DNA of 25,498 nt from Pseudomonadota bacterium. GTDB lineage: Bacteria; UBA10199; 2-02-FULL-44-16; JAAZCA01. A model generated the notes under the pieces. It searched no databases and was not told where the DNA came from. It worked only from the letters and a program-made list of their open reading frames with translations. This document shows positions 1 to 8,634 of the stretch, one piece after another. Positions within the stretch are counted from its first letter, which is position 1. Every line of letters starts with the position of its first letter. The position numbers were made by a program, and so were the translations under genes. The stretch lies in the NCBI GenBank assembly GCA_043798915.1, contig JAZDOG010000080.1:1-25498 (forward strand), given 5' to 3'.

Positions 1-53
1 TGGCTGTCAATTGGTCTAAAGATTATCTCAAGAAAACTTCAAAAGGGGAGGAA

Positions 54-113
54 GTCAAAAAGAAGTCAAACGGACGTCAAGGGAGTATCAAGCGCTTGTC
101 AAAATCATGTCAA
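54..113. repeat. Six short direct repeats (G/A)TCAA at an exact 11-bp period; probable protein-binding array
   Basis: TCAA starts at 55, 66, 77, 88, 99 and 110, five of them as GTCAA; further TCAA at 28 and 39 are also 11 bp apart. Non-coding, downstream of the ATPase stop. Confidence 0.6.
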
Positions 114-198
114 AAACTGCGATTGCAGAAATTGCTATCAAAACTGATATTTGGCGGTTGAAAAAAAAGGAACTGACATAATTTAGAGCGCTTTAACT

Positions 199-1311
199 TC
201 AGTAATTTTTCCACATCAGCCACGATTTGAAGAACGGATTGACGAACTTGTATTCCCCTTGATGGCGGTAGACGATCTTGAGTTGTATCAGTCTGTTCAG
301 CGCTTTTTTCACGGAGGCTGGTAGCGTAAGGCCCGCGCCATGCACAAAGGCCGACGATTGAGGCGATTTCCCCCCCATCCGCGCCAGGGCTACGAGGCAT
401 TTCATCTGTTGCCCGGAGAGCTGCACAAGCCCCGCTTCATAACCCTTCGCTTCGCGTGAATAGATCAGCTCCAGTGCAGGTCCGATATTCGCATCGCTTA
501 TGCCGTCCTTGTGTGAAGTGGTCTCCCAGATTGCTCCGCACAACTCCTGGACGTCTCCGGGAATATTTTCAGCGATACTCAAGATTTTCAATATAAGCTT
601 TTTTTCGATAGTCCTTTTTCCGAGCGCAAATTTGCCGGCAATGAACCCGCTGAACGCAGAAGTGTCAAGCGGGCCCACATCCATCGTGACGGCGGACTTG
701 AAGAACGGGCTTTCAGGGTCGGTGAAGATATCCGCCATCTGGTTCCGGACGCTTCCGGCAAATATGTATGGAAGCGTCTTGTGAAATTGAATTTTGCTTC
801 GGAGCAAGGCCAGAATTTCCTGTGAATCCGGCAGGTTGAGGATATCCTGAAATTCATCAAAGACGACCACCAGAGGTTTGTGTTTGTGGATGCCGCCGAC
901 AAGATCGAGCATGCCGTCGATTGAGTCCGGCTTCAAACTGACCGCTGTGTCGAGCGTTATGGAAGGGTGCCCTGTCAGCGGGTCGACAGATACCACGGGC
1001 CTCAATTGAGAGAGTGACTTGAAGATTTTCTCCAGAAGGCCGGCTTTTTGCTCCATGGATATAAGCGACTTGACCATGCGCCTGCACAGGTCGTCCGTCG
1101 TCTTGATCTCAAGAAGATCCACGTAGAGCGTGCGACGGTTTTTTAAGAGCCTCGCGGCTTCGTGGATGAGTGAAGTCTTGCCAATCCGGCGCTCTCCCTG
1201 AAGCACGACGTTCTGCCCGGATTTGATAAAAGCAATAAGCTGTTTGATGAGAACTGGCCGCGGGCAGAAATCGCCGGCGCTGACAACCCTCCCGTATTTA
1301 AATGGATTCAT
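199..1311 (-). CDS. AAA+ P-loop ATPase (archaeal ATPase / ATPase_2-like) with probable C-terminal winged helix
   Basis: 370 aa; N-terminal MNPFKYG; Walker A GERRIGKTS; Walker B VVVFDEFQ; FAGS sensor; C-terminal 'SVKKALNRLIQLKIV...YKFVNPFFKSWL' typical of this family. Confidence 0.85.
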   Translation of the reverse strand: MNPFKYGRVVSAGDFCPRPVLIKQLIAFIKSGQNVVLQGERRIGKTSLIHEAARLLKNRRTLYVDLLEIKTTDDLCRRMVKSLISMEQKAGLLEKIFKSLSQLRPVVSVDPLTGHPSITLDTAVSLKPDSIDGMLDLVGGIHKHKPLVVVFDEFQDILNLPDSQEILALLRSKIQFHKTLPYIFAGSVRNQMADIFTDPESPFFKSAVTMDVGPLDTSAFSGFIAGKFALGKRTIEKKLILKILSIAENIPGDVQELCGAIWETTSHKDGISDANIGPALELIYSREAKGYEAGLVQLSGQQMKCLVALARMGGKSPQSSAFVHGAGLTLPASVKKALNRLIQLKIVYRHQGEYKFVNPFFKSWLMWKNY

Positions 1312-1336
1312 GCCCCCCCCTGCTCAATGAGCCTAT

Positions 1337-1366
1337 ATGGTATGATACTAATTGGTATCATGTCAA
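1337..1366 (-). promoter_or_regulatory. sigma70-type promoter of the ATPase gene with an inverted-repeat operator in the spacer
   Basis: Minus strand TTGACA (1366-1361), 18 bp, TACCAT (1342-1337); palindrome ATGATAC-N6-GTATCAT at 1342-1361. Confidence 0.6.
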
Positions 1367-1400
1367 ATGGTTTTAGGGGGGGTGCCTGCGCATCTTTTCC

Positions 1401-1524
1401 CTCTCCCTTGATGGGAGAGTTTCCGAAATCATCCTCCCCCTTTGTAAGGGGGAGTTAGAGGGGGTAGATCATGCGAAATGCCCACGGTCTACCCTCCCCA
1501 TCCCTCCCTTACAAAGGGAGGGAG
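1401..1524. repeat. REP/REPIN-like cluster of GC-rich hairpins
   Basis: Hairpin CTCTCCC-TTGAT-GGGAGAG (1401-1419), then an imperfect inverted pair of about 36 bp (1433-1468 and 1488-1524), each arm holding its own CTCCC...GGGAG hairpin. Confidence 0.7.
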
Positions 1525-1551
1525 CGCTTCAGATTGCGCGACTGCTGTTAG

Positions 1552-2046
1552 TCAGCGCACGAGCGAACATCCAAACCAGCCCTTGGAGGCGGAGGCGGGA
1601 GCCGAGCCGGAATCGGCCGACGCTGCTGATTCTGCAGCGGCTTCTTCTTTCGGGACCGGGCTCCCCGTTATGGCGTATTTAAGGGTCTTCCCATCCAGTT
1701 GTTTCCAAATCAGAGTTCCGGTCATGGCATCGCCCTGCAGTTCACCCTGCCATTCAATTTTGCCGCTTTCGTCGCTCTGCTGCTTTGCAGCCCAGACCGT
1801 AAGATTGTCTCCTTTTTCCCGGGAGTCGTAGGAAGATGACAGAAATTTTTTGCGCTCAAAGATCGCCGAATTAATTTTTCCGTCATTAAAAGTAACTCGA
1901 TCGATGAATTGAGGAACCTGCGTGCCCTCTTCCGCCAGTTCAACCCGCCACAGGTTTTTCTCCAGCGGAGAGGCTGCGAAAACGGAATTGCCGACACCCA
2001 GAACAACCACTATTGCGATGAAGAAACGAATTAAATACGAATACAT
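1552..2046 (-). CDS. Secreted hypothetical protein with Ala/Ser linker and C-terminal GCSLVR tail
   Basis: Start placed at ATG 2046 (MYSYLIRFFIAIVVVLGVGNSVFA/AS, Sec signal peptide; AAGGGG upstream); beta-rich core; ends ...SASKGWFGCSLVR. Confidence 0.65.
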   Translation of the reverse strand: MYSYLIRFFIAIVVVLGVGNSVFAASPLEKNLWRVELAEEGTQVPQFIDRVTFNDGKINSAIFERKKFLSSSYDSREKGDNLTVWAAKQQSDESGKIEWQGELQGDAMTGTLIWKQLDGKTLKYAITGSPVPKEEAAAESAASADSGSAPASASKGWFGCSLVR

Positions 2047-2143
2047 AGGCGCCCCCTTATTGTAGGACCCCTTATTGCCATGTTTCAAAAAGCATTGCAA
2101 CAATTTCTTGGCCCGGGTGGCGTCGATATCGGTATAATTCGGG

Positions 2144-2623
2144 ATGTTATATAGACATGTGAAGTTTCCTATGCTAAATTTCCACGCTGAAAATATGAGG
2201 AACCTCTTTAAAGCATCAAAAATTGCCCGGGCCTTGCTCGTTGTTTATGCAGTGACGCTCACGGGGGCGGTGGTCTTTGCGTTGACCGCAGGCCCTTTTC
2301 AAGAGACCTTTCGCCTTTGGTCAAAGACCAGGCTCGCGGAGACGAAACTCGAAGAGAGCGAGCAGGGCCGAGAAAAACTCGAGGCAGAGAGAGGCCGGCT
2401 CCTGGATACGATCAAAAATCTGCAGACCGACTGGACCGGCGCGCAGGAGACGATTCGGGCGCTCCGCGAGTTGACACAGGACCCGGACAAAGAACGGCGC
2501 CTCGTGGAACTGAACCGGCAAGTGGGAAGGCTCGACCAGGAAAAGGCCGTTCTGATCTTGAAATTAAAGGAGCTCCGGCAGGCGATCCAGGCCGCTCCCG
2601 GCAATAAACCCGGTTCGCAATGA
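2144..2623 (+). CDS. Membrane-anchored coiled-coil protein, first gene of the two-component operon (start uncertain, 2144-2195)
   Basis: One hydrophobic segment (ALLVVYAVTLTGAVVFALTA) followed by a heptad-rich region; stop overlaps the kinase start (ATGA 2620-2623). Confidence 0.65.
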   Translation: MLYRHVKFPMLNFHAENMRNLFKASKIARALLVVYAVTLTGAVVFALTAGPFQETFRLWSKTRLAETKLEESEQGREKLEAERGRLLDTIKNLQTDWTGAQETIRALRELTQDPDKERRLVELNRQVGRLDQEKAVLILKLKELRQAIQAAPGNKPGSQ

Positions 2624-3825
2624 AACTCAAACTATTCCTCGTATTTCTCCTGACCGTTCTGATCCCGACGTTTCTGCTGGTCTATTTCAGCCTGCTGGCA
2701 GTCAAGGGTGAGAGGGATTTTCTGGAAAAAAGCATGTTGCAGAAGTACCAGGCGATGGCCCAGATCATTGCGGAGGAGATAAGGACCTCGCTGAATAAAG
2801 TTCCCAAGGCATCGCGCGACGACCCCGCGGCGATCGAACCGCTCCTTTTCAAGAATACCCGCCTCTTCAAAGACGAGGTGATGATCTTTGACCGCGAAGG
2901 GCGGGCCGTAGACGGGGTTCGCTGGAAAGAAGGCTTTGGAACCCCCGCCTATCAGACAGACGTTGCCGATCTTCCCTACCAGATCGCCATCTATGAACGG
3001 TATCCTGCGCTCTTGGCGGAGATCAAGACCATCAAGAAACGAATATCACAACATTTCGGAATCGTCGGATTGTCCGCCCTCGCCATCCTTCTGGGGGGGT
3101 TGCTTACCCTGGGAGAGCTGTTCCGCGGGTGGCGCAAGACAGAGGTCAAGGAGATGTTTATTTCACACCTGGTTCACGATCTGAAGAGGCCGCTGACCTC
3201 CATCCGAATGTTCTCGGAGATGCTGGAAAGCAATCGGGTCCTGAACGAGGAGAAAAGACAAGAGTACTATCGGATTATATCGGTGGAGAGCGAAAAACTG
3301 GATCAGATGGCCTGCAATGTCCTCGATTTTTCTCGCATCAAAAAGCGGGGGCGAAGCTATCAAAAAAACCCCGAGGACCTTGTGGTGTTGGCTCAGGAGA
3401 CTGTCGAGCGATTTCGATCCACTCTGGTGGGCAAGACGCATCAGATCACGCTGGACGTCCTTGACCCCCCCATACCGATGCTCGAGATTGATGCGGCCTC
3501 GATCTCTCAGGCCCTCATGAACCTCCTCTCCAACGCCGTCAAATATTCTCCTGTGGGGTCAGAGATCAGGGTCGTTCTCTCCAGGATAAAAAATAAGGTG
3601 TCTCTTTCGGTCTGCGACCAGGGAATCGGGATTCCGAAAAAAGAAATGACGGCTATATTTCAGGAGTATTACCGAGGCAAGCGTCCGGAGGTCATAAATC
3701 GGGAAGGGATCGGGTTGGGGCTGGCCCTCGTCCGGCATGCGGTCCTGGCCCACGACGGTCACGTCAAAGTTAACAGTGAGGAGGGGAAGGGGAGCGAGTT
3801 TCAAATTACGCTTCCTGTCAACTGA
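2620..3825 (+). CDS. Membrane sensor histidine kinase (HisKA + HATPase_c)
   Basis: Two TM segments; H-box LVHDLKRPLTSIR; N-box NLLSNAVKYS; G1 DQGIGIP; G2 GIGLGLALV. Confidence 0.95.
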   Translation: MKLKLFLVFLLTVLIPTFLLVYFSLLAVKGERDFLEKSMLQKYQAMAQIIAEEIRTSLNKVPKASRDDPAAIEPLLFKNTRLFKDEVMIFDREGRAVDGVRWKEGFGTPAYQTDVADLPYQIAIYERYPALLAEIKTIKKRISQHFGIVGLSALAILLGGLLTLGELFRGWRKTEVKEMFISHLVHDLKRPLTSIRMFSEMLESNRVLNEEKRQEYYRIISVESEKLDQMACNVLDFSRIKKRGRSYQKNPEDLVVLAQETVERFRSTLVGKTHQITLDVLDPPIPMLEIDAASISQALMNLLSNAVKYSPVGSEIRVVLSRIKNKVSLSVCDQGIGIPKKEMTAIFQEYYRGKRPEVINREGIGLGLALVRHAVLAHDGHVKVNSEEGKGSEFQITLPVN

Positions 3826-3826
3826 T

Positions 3827-4498
3827 ATGACAACGATGCTCGTTATCGAGGATGATCTAAATATTCTCACCGGGTTGGTGGACAACCTGACCATGGATGG
3901 GTATCAGGTGAAAACCGCGTGCGACGGCATAACCGGCCTGAAATTAGCGGAAGAAGGGGGAATAGATCTCATCATCCTGGACATCATGATGCCTGGGATG
4001 GACGGTTTTAATGTTTGCCGCCGTCTCAAGGAAAAGAAAAGCACGGTTCCCATCATCATTTTGAGCGCCCGTGTCCAGGAAAGCGATAAGGTGTTGGGCC
4101 TGGAGCTTGGAGCCGACGACTATGTCAGCAAACCGTTCAGTCCCCGAGAGCTTATGATGAGGATCAAGGCGGTGCTGAGAAGGACCGCAGCCCCCCCGCT
4201 GGAGGCTGCGATGACATTTGGGGATATCAAGATTGATTTTCAAAAATACGAGGCGGCCAAAAACGGGAAGTTGTTGAAGTTTACCGCAAACGAATTCACG
4301 ATCCTGAAACTGCTGCTTCGGTGCCCGGGCATTCCGGTCAGCCGGCACCATATCCTTGCGGAAATCTGGGGGGAGGGAATCACATCGCGAACCGTCGACA
4401 CCCATATTTGGAGCCTGCGGACCAAACTCGAAGATGATCCGTCAAAGCCAATTCACATCGTCACGGTCCATCGGATCGGCTATAAATTCGTTCCTTGA
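3827..4498 (+). CDS. OmpR/PhoB-family response regulator
   Basis: Start placed at ATG 3827, right after the kinase stop; receiver motifs VIEDD, ILDIMMPG, ILSAR, GADDYVSKPF; winged helix SRTVDTHIWSLRTKLE...IGYKF. Confidence 0.95.
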   Translation: MTTMLVIEDDLNILTGLVDNLTMDGYQVKTACDGITGLKLAEEGGIDLIILDIMMPGMDGFNVCRRLKEKKSTVPIIILSARVQESDKVLGLELGADDYVSKPFSPRELMMRIKAVLRRTAAPPLEAAMTFGDIKIDFQKYEAAKNGKLLKFTANEFTILKLLLRCPGIPVSRHHILAEIWGEGITSRTVDTHIWSLRTKLEDDPSKPIHIVTVHRIGYKFVP

Positions 4499-4513
4499 CC
4501 AGGAGCCTCTAAC

Positions 4514-4816
4514 TCACATGCCGAAGGTAAGGGCGGGGTCGTTCCGGATCCTTTCCCTCCTTTTGTTTTTTTTCGGTTTCTCGCTCTTCGTCAGGTACTT
4601 TTGCGCCTCTACGGCATAATCGGTCTCCGGGTAATACTGGACAACCTTTTGACAGTAATACCGGAGTGTGGGGTAATCCCCGACTTTCCAGAGAACTCTG
4701 ATGGTCGTCATCCACCATTCCGCCTGGACCCTGTCCACATTGCTTAACTCCTGGGCAGAGGCTTGAAAGGCCAGCATCATAAGAAAAAGAAAAAGGATTA
4801 TTTTCATTTTCTTCAT
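4514..4816 (-). CDS. Small secreted helical (TPR/BamD-like hairpin) protein at the end of the secretin operon
   Basis: Signal peptide MKKMKIILFLFLMMLAFQASA; motif VVQYYPETDYAVEAQKYL; ATGA overlap with the secretin stop. Confidence 0.6.
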   Translation of the reverse strand: MKKMKIILFLFLMMLAFQASAQELSNVDRVQAEWWMTTIRVLWKVGDYPTLRYYCQKVVQYYPETDYAVEAQKYLTKSEKPKKNKRRERIRNDPALTFGM

Positions 4817-6969
4817 TCGCGAAACCTCCGCTTCCTTTTTGTCGGGGTTTCCTCCACATCTTCCGGAGTCGTTCCGTATTCCGACGCCGGGACGTCGGAA
4901 GACTTTATTTTCTCCGGGGCCTGTTTGTAAGAAGGGAGAGTGACGCTGGCCAGAGAAGACGGGTGCGTGCCCGGAAGGGTCTCTTCGCCGGTCATGATAT
5001 GGGGAGTCAGCAAGACGACCAATTCCGAGTTTTTTACCTGGTCGTTTGTTGAACGGAACAAAAGCCCCAGCACCGGAATTCGGGAAAGAAGCGGGAGTCC
5101 CTTGTGCATCTTGACCCTGCTGCTGTTCATGAGCCCGCCGATCAACACCGTCGACCCGTCTCTGACCATGACCGTGGTCTCCGCGTTCGTGCTCTCTACG
5201 ATCGGGATCTCGTCCCCTTGAGACGTCTTCAGGAAGCGCGTGACCGAACTCACTTCCGGCTTGATCTTCATCGTGATCATGCCGTCGGAGTTGATTGTCG
5301 GAGTCACGTGCAGCGTCACCCCGACGTCGACGAAGGTGACCTGTTGAGCGGTGGTCGTGGTCGCCTGGCTTTGGGTGACGCTGGAAGTGGTGTAGGCCTC
5401 TTTGCTTCCCACCATGATCTTGGCCTCCTGGCCGTCAATTGCGGCGATCTGAGGCGTCGAGAGGATGTTGGACCTTCCAAAGGTCTCCAATAGTTTAATG
5501 ATAGCCCCGGAGCCGCTATAGGTGGTGGTTTTGTTGCCGGAGGAGTCCGTGGAGGTATGGGGGGTGATCGAGCCGCCCGTCATCTGGGCGAAATCGGTCA
5601 AGACCAGGGGGAAGGTCCCCTGAACATGCCCGCTGACCAGTCTCCCCCAATCAATTCCCGATTGAAACTGATTGTTCAAGGCAACCTGAACGATCTTGGC
5701 CTCTATGAAAACTTCGCGGGTCTTGGTGTCAAAGGCATTCACCAGCGTTCGCAGATGGTCGATGTTGCTGGGGAGATCAGAGACGACCAGCCGATTGGAT
5801 CTTTCATCCACGTAAATCTTTCCGATGTCCTTGCTGAGAGAGGGCGTCAATTTTTCTCCGACCACCGGGGCCTTTGCGTATTTGAGATCGAATATCTCGG
5901 AGGTGACGGGAGGAAGGCGGACGATGGTCGGGAGTTCCTCAGTCTGGATGATCTCCTCCATCTGCGCGATTTTATCCGGCGTATCCATAAGCACTATTGT
6001 GCCTGTCGAGTCGTTGTAGACGATACGGCCCACTGAACTTTTGATGTTTTCGAGTATCGCGCCCACGTTTTTGGGCGAAGCGTATTTCAGGTGGAGGACT
6101 TTTGTCTCGCGCTGGTCATAGAATTCCTTGCCGTAGAGCCCTTTGTATTCCTCTTCGGTCAGCACCCGCAGGATGTTTCCCTTGATCATGTAGGCCAGAC
6201 GATTTGAGGAGAGAATGATGTAGATGGCGTCCCGAATGGTGATATCGTTCAACAGAAAAGAGACGGAACCGGTAATCCCCTGGCTGGCCACCAGATTGAG
6301 GTCTGCCTTGATCGCCAGGTATTTGATGGCGTCCAGAATATCAATGCTCCGCAAGTCGAGAGAAATCTTCGTGTCGAGGAGGGAAGAAGGAAGTTCTGAA
6401 AGAGGCGTCGACGGTTGCGAAGGATCCGGCGCCGGCTGCGGGGGTTCAAGGGTGCGTCCTTCTGAAGTCAAGCCATGGGACGACGGCTGGCCGGACGAAC
6501 TCGACGAACCGGACGATTGCGGCGAAGAGGGTTTTTCCGGCGGGCTCGCCCCTGTCTGGCCGGGCTTGGAGGGTTTTTCCGGCGGGCTTGTCTCTGTCTG
6601 ACCGGGCTTGGGTGGAAGCTTGGGTTCCTCACCTAGCGCTGCCCTGACGGCCGGTTCCGCCGGTGTGGTTGACGCCGGCTCCGGCGGTTTTGCGGGGGGT
6701 GCTCCTGTCGGCGCAGCCGGTTTAGCGGGGGGCGTCCCTGTTGTTGTAGACGAAGGAGTCCCCCCGGAGGTGGCCGTTGTAGCGGGGGGTGTCCCCGTTG
6801 TTGTAGACGAAGGCGGCGCACCAGGGGGGGCTGCGCTTCCCGGAGAAATCGTCGTTGTCGTTGATGATGCAGCGGCGGCAGTCTCCGGAATCGTAAGCGC
6901 CAGGGAGGGCAAAAAGAAGAGCAGAGCGACTAATGCGGATATCATAAGCCGCTTGGCGAATAGATTCAT
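4813..6969 (-). CDS. Outer-membrane secretin (PilQ/GspD type) with long Pro/Thr/Ser-rich N-terminal extension
   Basis: Signal peptide; STN-like KISLDLRSIDILDAIK; two Secretin_N domains (LKYA motifs, DERSNRLVV); secretin core EVFIEAKIV, ILSTPQI, DVGVTLHVTP, GGL...LLSRIPVLGLLF, ELVVLLTPHI. Confidence 0.92.
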   Translation of the reverse strand: MNLFAKRLMISALVALLFFLPSLALTIPETAAAASSTTTTISPGSAAPPGAPPSSTTTGTPPATTATSGGTPSSTTTGTPPAKPAAPTGAPPAKPPEPASTTPAEPAVRAALGEEPKLPPKPGQTETSPPEKPSKPGQTGASPPEKPSSPQSSGSSSSSGQPSSHGLTSEGRTLEPPQPAPDPSQPSTPLSELPSSLLDTKISLDLRSIDILDAIKYLAIKADLNLVASQGITGSVSFLLNDITIRDAIYIILSSNRLAYMIKGNILRVLTEEEYKGLYGKEFYDQRETKVLHLKYASPKNVGAILENIKSSVGRIVYNDSTGTIVLMDTPDKIAQMEEIIQTEELPTIVRLPPVTSEIFDLKYAKAPVVGEKLTPSLSKDIGKIYVDERSNRLVVSDLPSNIDHLRTLVNAFDTKTREVFIEAKIVQVALNNQFQSGIDWGRLVSGHVQGTFPLVLTDFAQMTGGSITPHTSTDSSGNKTTTYSGSGAIIKLLETFGRSNILSTPQIAAIDGQEAKIMVGSKEAYTTSSVTQSQATTTTAQQVTFVDVGVTLHVTPTINSDGMITMKIKPEVSSVTRFLKTSQGDEIPIVESTNAETTVMVRDGSTVLIGGLMNSSRVKMHKGLPLLSRIPVLGLLFRSTNDQVKNSELVVLLTPHIMTGEETLPGTHPSSLASVTLPSYKQAPEKIKSSDVPASEYGTTPEDVEETPTKRKRRFRE

Positions 6970-6972
6970 AGG

Positions 6973-7602
6973 CTATATGAATTCCTTGGTTTGTCCGTTA
7001 TACTCCATAATCACCCGATCCTTAAGAATCTGCTTTACTAATACCCCCTTTAATTTTTGCCCTTCTTTGAGAAAAAATGTCCGCCCTTCTTTGACCTCCC
7101 GGATCATCGCCTCTGGAGCGGCGCCCCACGCGATCCCGACCAGCTTGAAATTCTCCATAACTCCAGCCATGTCTGCGTCGGCGGGCGAGGGCTTCCTGGG
7201 CGCAGCTTCCCCCGCTGTTGGTTGAAATAAGCTGCGTCTGGCGAGGGAGGCCAGAAATTCATCCACCGGAGGCAGATTGAGACTGGGGCGATCTTGAGCC
7301 GGGAGGGCCTCTGCCACCCGGCTTTGCAACAGCCCGATTTTGGGTTGAAAGAAGAAGATGTTGATCCCCGAGAGAGCTATGACCAGCACACCGCTTGCAA
7401 TCAGGGCCTTGTTCAAGCGGACCAGAACTGAAGCCGCGTCCGGTTTCGGGCCGGAGGATGCCTCCCTGCGGTGAAACATCGAGCGAAGTTCCTGGTAGAA
7501 CTTATTCAAAAAACTTCTCTCTTCCGGAAAGGGCGATTCTCCCCCATTTTGGATCACCTGGAGCAGTTTTTCTTCCGCACTCAGATCTTCCTGCTTGATC
7601 AC
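6973..7602 (-). CDS. GspC/PilP-like inner-membrane assembly protein
   Basis: One TM segment; C-terminal HR-like domain FKLVGIAWG...AMIRE...FLKEGQKL...VKQILKDRVIMEYNG; GTG start overlapping the ExeA stop. Confidence 0.7.
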   Translation of the reverse strand: MIKQEDLSAEEKLLQVIQNGGESPFPEERSFLNKFYQELRSMFHRREASSGPKPDAASVLVRLNKALIASGVLVIALSGINIFFFQPKIGLLQSRVAEALPAQDRPSLNLPPVDEFLASLARRSLFQPTAGEAAPRKPSPADADMAGVMENFKLVGIAWGAAPEAMIREVKEGRTFFLKEGQKLKGVLVKQILKDRVIMEYNGQTKEFI

Positions 7603-8477
7603 GGCTTGAGCTCCTCCCAGTCCTCGATCTCGGAGATCTTTTGGGCAACATCCAGTATTGCGCGTTCGCTAAAGACCACCTGTTGGACGATTCTCCGGTC
7701 TACCACTTCCTTGTTATCCATCACGATCCGTTCCAGCAGGTTGTGGCAGAGTGCGGTGGTTCGGCGCGGGTATCCCTCCGAGTATGAATATATCTCTTCG
7801 TAGGCATCTTCCGTGAACAGGGAAAGCTTCGCCCTATACCCTGCCTCGCGCAAACGAAACTGGATCATCTCTTTCATCTCGAATTGATTTAAGGGGTTGA
7901 GCATGTATTTGAGGGAGATTCGATCCCAGAAATTTTTGAGACCGACGATCTTCGGAAGCAGCTCCAATTGCGACATGAGCACCAGTTGCACCAGTTTGTA
8001 TTCATTCGTTTCAAAATTCAGAAGCGTCCGGAGGATTTCCAGCGAGGGGCGATCCAGCTTTTGGGCCTCGTCGATCAGGATGACGACCGTCTTTTTCTCT
8101 CTTGCGTCCAATTCAAGGAGTTTTTTCTCGATGGCGTTCAGATAGTCGGCGACGGAAAAGTTCGTCTGGCTGGCCTGGGGATGAAACAGTTCCGCCAGCT
8201 TTGCCAAAAACGCCAGCTCGGATGGGAAGGTCGGATTGAGTATGATATGAAAATCAAATCCGTTGTCTGCCGAGAGGATCTGGTAGAGTTTGCGGGAGAG
8301 AGTCGTCTTGCCCGTTCCAACATCACCCAAAATCAGGTTCAACCCCCTTTTTAACCGCAGCGAGATCATCAGCCGATAAAGCGCGGCCTTATGATCTTTA
8401 GACTTGTAGAACAGGGATGGATCGGGACTCGTCGAAAACGGTTCTCTCTCAAGCCCCAATATCCTGTAATAACTCAT
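7599..8477 (-). CDS. ExeA/GspA-family AAA ATPase (general secretion pathway protein A, short form)
   Basis: YY..LGLEREPFSTSPDP N-terminus; Walker A GDVGTGKTT; Walker B ILIDEAQ; SEGYPRR motif; no C-terminal peptidoglycan-binding domain. Confidence 0.9.
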   Translation of the reverse strand: MSYYRILGLEREPFSTSPDPSLFYKSKDHKAALYRLMISLRLKRGLNLILGDVGTGKTTLSRKLYQILSADNGFDFHIILNPTFPSELAFLAKLAELFHPQASQTNFSVADYLNAIEKKLLELDAREKKTVVILIDEAQKLDRPSLEILRTLLNFETNEYKLVQLVLMSQLELLPKIVGLKNFWDRISLKYMLNPLNQFEMKEMIQFRLREAGYRAKLSLFTEDAYEEIYSYSEGYPRRTTALCHNLLERIVMDNKEVVDRRIVQQVVFSERAILDVAQKISEIEDWEELKP

Positions 8478-8634
8478 TTGCCACCTTCTCCCCCTCGTAT
8501 GTTGCTTACGGGAACAAAACGCGAAAACCGGGGTCTTTACGGGTGTTTATATATCATTTGCTGTGTTTTCACCAGCCTTATTTTGCCAAGCGAAGATGAC
8601 GCAGCAGATTAAGACATTTCTGAAGTGAGTCCTG

